Assembly: GCA_035221665.1 (NCBI GenBank)
Contig: CM069156.1
Span: 23,436,001-23,500,000 of the forward strand
DNA from: Okamejei kenojei
Taxonomy: Eukaryota
DNA: 64,000 nt
Direction: 5' to 3'
A program made the translations under genes and the position numbers. The first letter of the stretch is position 1; the number at the start of each line of letters is the position of its first letter. The notes under the pieces were generated by a model. The model did not search any database. It had not been told where the DNA came from and worked only from the letters and a program-made list of their open reading frames with translations. Shown here in pieces: positions 59,301 to 64,000 of this stretch.

Positions 59301-62300
59301 GAAGGTATTATTACCCATCACAGCCCAATGTCAATCCATATGTTGGAAGGAGGAGACAGTCACGGTCATTTGCAGAGGAAACTTTTGGGAACCTCCGGTT
59401 GGTGCTAGATAGTAATTGCTTTATGATGAATGGTACTGTATAACATCTGATCGGTTTATATTAGATACTGTGTCAGGTGCTATTATACAATTTCTGGAAG
59501 GTATTGATACACCTGTACAGGATAAACCTAATCGGGTTTTGATGTTTCTGTACCTGAAAATTCTCAGGTAAAGGAAGTTGAAAAAAATGTAAAAACATTT
59601 ATTTAAAAAAAAGGGGTAATTTAAAGTATGGGGAATCATCCACAGCAATTTGTGTCAAATAATTTCCCCAGGCCAAAAAAGATGGGGGTTGTAGAGTCAT
59701 TCTGGATCTCACAAAATTGAATTCATTTGTCCAATATAGAAATTTCAAAATGGACACCTTCAACACTGCAAAGGAGTTGTTGTCCATAGGCTGTTACATG
59801 GCCACTATAGACTTAAAAGATGCATATTCAGTGCCAATTCATCACCATTATTGCAGGTACTTGAAGTTTATTTGAATGGGTCAGCTGTGGCAATATAAAG
59901 CATTACCTAATGGGTTAACTTCAGCTCCCAGGCTGTTCACAAAATTATTGAAACCAGCACTTGCATTGTTAAGGGCTCAAAATCACATTGTCATGGCTTA
60001 TCTTGATGATATTTTAATTGTTAAATGCCACTCAGGAATCAGCTGAAGATTCAGTTTCAGTAACTATAAGCCTGTTGGAAAGGCTAGGGTTTCTGATCCA
60101 TCCAACGAAATCTAAGCTACAGCCGTCGCAAACAATTGAGTATTTGGGGTTTGTCATTAGTTCAGTTGCTATGTCAGTAACTTTACCAACAGATAAAGTT
60201 GTGGATATTACAAATGTGTGTAGTTGCCTTGCTGACAAACCTTATCCCTCCAACCGAGAAGTAGCTAGGGTTATTGGTAAGATAGTAGCAGCATTCCCCG
60301 CTGTTGGATTCGGTCCTATGCATTATCAAAATCTTCAAAGGGCAAAAGCACAAGCACTAAAAGAACGTGCAGGTCATTTTGATAGACCCATGCAGTTGCC
60401 AATGGAAGCTTTAGCTGAATTACAGTGGTGGATTGGGAATGTTGCACAAGCTGCTAAAAACATTGTTATTCAGCAACCATTGTATTGCAAACTGATGTAA
60501 GTACTCTCGGATGGGGGGCTAGGGACAATGACACCAGCTGTGGTGGTAGATGGACTGTCCAAGAGGATTTAATTCTCCAAACATATGGTATTAATTATTT
60601 GGAGTTATTGGGGGCATTTTTTGGATTAAAAGCTAATTGTTCTACAATGGAGGACTTGCATGTTGAATTACAAGTAGACAATACCACAGCTGTAGCATAT
60701 ATCAATCACATGGGTGGAGTAGATCAGTATCATGTGATCATCTGGTCAACCTGTTGTGGCATTGGTGTGTATCTAGGAATATCTGGCTTTCAGCTATCTA
60801 TCCCAAGGAAGGACAATGTTGTGACAAACAACAGATCACGGAAGTTCAAAGACAATACACAATGGATGTTAAATCCACATATTTTCAAAAAGATTGTCAG
60901 TTGGTATGGTGTACCAGACATTGATCTGTTTGCATCCAGATTAAAGCACCAGTTGCCTAAATACGTCATGGGAGCCTGACCCAGGAGCAGTAGCGTTGGA
61001 TGTATTCTCGCTACATTGTGGAAATATGTTTTTCTATGCTTTTCCCCCATTTGCCTGATTAGGCAATGTCTCAGTAAAATAGAGCAAGACTCCGCCACGG
61101 GTGTTTTGGTGGTTCCAAATTGGCCTACACAGCCATGGTTCCCATTGATGCTTAGAATGATAATTGAACCATTTATGACGATCCCAGCTCCAGGGATTTG
61201 TTGGTACAACCAGTGACAGAACAAGTTCATCCATTGCATGATCATATTAATTTGTTAATCTGCAGGTTCTGACCAGACCATTACAAGGGCTTGGACTGTC
61301 GGATAGGACCATGGATGTCATAACTGTAGCTTGGAGAGATAGCTCTAAGAAACAATATATGTCTCATTTCAGAAATGGGAAGCTTTCTGTTTTCAGTCAG
61401 ATATATTTTATCATACTGCAAACATATTGGATGTATTGGAGTTTCTTGCTATGTTGCATTTGATCAGCACCTTAGTTATAGTGCCATTAATAGTGCTCGT
61501 AGTGCTATATCTTCCTATTTATGACAATTTTCAGAACTTCTATCTATCGGGTATCATCCATTAATATCCCAATTAATGAGAGGGATTTTTAATGAAAATC
61601 CTCCCAAACCCAGATATACAGAAATTTGGGATGTTAGTATAGTTCTCACATTGCTTCGGCAATGAGCTCCAATTACGTCACTGTCTTTTCAGAAATTAAC
61701 ATTTAAAGTAGTAATGCTCATGGCATTAGTGTCAGCACAAAGAGTACAAACATTGCAAATGTTAAGTTTAGATTGTATGCATGTGTCTGCAGATAACATT
61801 ACTTTTTATGTTTATGATCTAATCAAACAAAGCAGACTGGGGAAGTCTGGAACCAAGGTAATCTTTAGAGCATACCCGGTCGACCAAACATTGTGTGTGG
61901 TTAAGCATCTGACTCAATATATTGAAGTAACCAAGAGTCTCCGAGGTTGTGAGACGGCAATGCTTATTACCCATTAAAACTTTTTTTTTTTTAAACCATA
62001 CAAAAAAGTGTCAGTACAAACTATTTCTAGATGGTTAAAACAAGTTTTGGATTTAGCTGGAGTAGACATTGGTGTGTTTAAATCTCACTCCACCAGGGTG
62101 GCATCCACATCCGCGGCGAAGGCACAGGACGTGCCGCTCGATCAAATTTTAGAGGCCGCAGGATGATGTAAAGAAGAATTTTTTCCAAGTTTTACAATAA
62201 ACCTGTTCTCACGGTGCCAGAGTATGGACACGCAGTGTTGGGTACTGTTTGATTATTTACTTTCTTTTATGTAATGATTCATATTTTTTGTTGTAATCTT

Positions 62301-62739
62301 CCCCTAGGATAGAGGGGTCGTTACTTTTCTTTCTTTTATTATTATTAAAATACTTATTGCATAATTCAAGCAATGTTTAATACTATTATTTACTCACTAC
62401 TGTGTCAACTGAAGCAGTGTGTCGTATGGAATTAATCTACAGCATGAAAATCACAGAGCTTCAAAGTCTTCACGTAGTCACTCACGTGACTCCGAAGTAA
62501 AATAGTAAGATTAAACGAGAACTTACCTGTTCGAAGTTTGATCTTTATTTTATGAGGAGTTACGATGAGGGATTACGTGCGCTCCGCTCCCGACCCTCAT
62601 AATCTAAACGATCATCCGGCAGTTCTAGTCTTGTGTGAGCCTTACTATCTTACTTCGGCTATTGGTTCTGTGTTTTCACGCCGCTGCTATGAAGTATGCC
62701 GAGCATGCGCCTGGCAGGGCTTCTTCACGTAATCCCTCA

Positions 62740-64000
62740 TCGTGCCTACTATGTTCTGGTGTACTAAAGCAAAGCAAGAATTTCATTGTCCTATCAGAGA
62801 CATGACAATAAATTCTCTTGAATCTTGAAATGCTGGAATCTCGAGCTAAATGAGACAACAAGGAGGAACGCGGCAAGTTAAGCAGCATCAAAACACCCCA
62901 ACCTGAGACTTTGTCTGTCCATTTTCTTCCACAGATGAGCAAGACTTGTTGAGTTCCTCCATCAGTCAGCTTTTTGCTTGATTTAAAAAACATTGTTGAC
63001 GAAATAAATTACAATATTAAAGGAGGACACTCAGCTCAATTAATGCAAAGTTGTATGCATAAAGGCAAAGGATACCATATGTATTCAAAAAAGAATCCAG
63101 TATTTTAAATGAAGGGTCCCAACCCAAAATATATCATCTATCCATGTTCTCCAGCGATGCTGCCTGACCCACTGAGTATTTTGTGTCTTTTTTTCTATTT
63201 ATAAGTGGTGCAGGTATTGGCATTTAAAACAAAATCAGTTCATCAAGAATTCATGGATGAATGTCCAGATGGTAAAATAACATTGAGCAGAAGACTAGCA
63301 TTAAGTAATCTTGATCATAAAGTCTTACAAAAGCTGGGAGGATACAAGGAACTGCATGGACACTTGCTGAGCTCCTTGTTTTGCGCCTTAGTACACACTG
63401 CAACATAATAAACATTACAACTCATCAGGCTGTCGACCAGATTAGAATCACATAGATTGGTTTCCCATTGTGTATATACACGCAAAATCAATTCTGGTAC
63501 TGGGCCACCGACAATCACTTTGTCTCCCAACTTGTATCAGCCATCGCATCTCTAAACTGCAGCCTGTACATTACAACGCAGGGTAATGCTGACACCTTTA
63601 AACATAGAAAGAGGCACTCACTCCCTAGGTTCCTACAAGGTAATTCCATGAATATATGTGTACGAATTCGTTGGCAGCGCCACATCTCAAAAGATCAATG
63701 TCCAGGTAAACCGGCCGCAGTGGTGGAGAGTGCAAATAACTCTTAACACTGTCGTGTCTGGGATTTGCACAGAGGAACGGCGGTGGGAGATACAAGGGCG
63801 ACGTTGGATGTGGTTTCGAAGCCGGTACCTGGGGAAGCTGCTCCGCCGCCGTGACCTTTCAAACCCAGCCAACTAGCGCGGGCCGAAGAGTGTGGATAGG
63901 AGGTCTCATTTACCTCCTATTATCCTCTAGGAATATACGACAAAGTGCAACCATTTCTGCCATAACGGATGAAAGGGCCTTTTACTTGTAGGTAAAGATG
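62740..64000 (+). repeat. Segmental duplication copy 2 (matches 2505-3545, 8894-9011 and 11264-11350)
   Basis: Collinear near-identity; lacks the L1; jumps into ERV env sequence at 63913. Confidence 0.95.

Larger units (their letters stand above)
54454..62743 (+). mobile_element. DIRS1-type retrotransposon, second family; L1 inserted near the 5' end; right end truncated
   Basis: Left ITR ...TACGTGAAGAAGCCCCGCCAGGCGCATGCTCGGCAT; ICR ~62467-62579; right ITR ~62695-62743; RT YLDD ~60000; DLFAS; LVSAQRVQ; HSTR. Confidence 0.92.

Overview
This window is repeat-dense eukaryotic genomic DNA. The mix of repeats (CR1 and Rex1/Babar LINEs, V-SINEs, Penelope-derived ends, fish-type L1, DIRS) suggests a cartilaginous fish such as a skate or ray; that assignment is an inference. 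The only host gene is a divergent DHHC palmitoyltransferase on the + strand, with four clear exons at 24171-34017, a probable fifth at 35121-35325, one U12 intron, and an in-frame TGA at a conserved Cys. The rest is nested transposable elements: two Gypsy LTR elements, a complete but internally decayed ERV, three L1 copies, two DIRS1-type tyrosine-recombinase retrotransposons, two Crypton-like tyrosine-recombinase DNA transposons (one with an intact 469-aa ORF), and hAT-like non-autonomous elements. The window spans about one unit of a ~60-kb tandem segmental duplication; 62740-64000 repeats the start of the unit and preserves the empty site of the 5.3-kb L1. The main observation is that both Crypton-like elements end in a ~150-160-nt hairpin whose base carries an internal complement of the two joined termini. 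This resembles the internal complementary region (ICR) of DIRS, but in elements with no reverse transcriptase, and it suggests transposition through a folded single-stranded DNA intermediate. All alignments were done by eye and no database searches were run.
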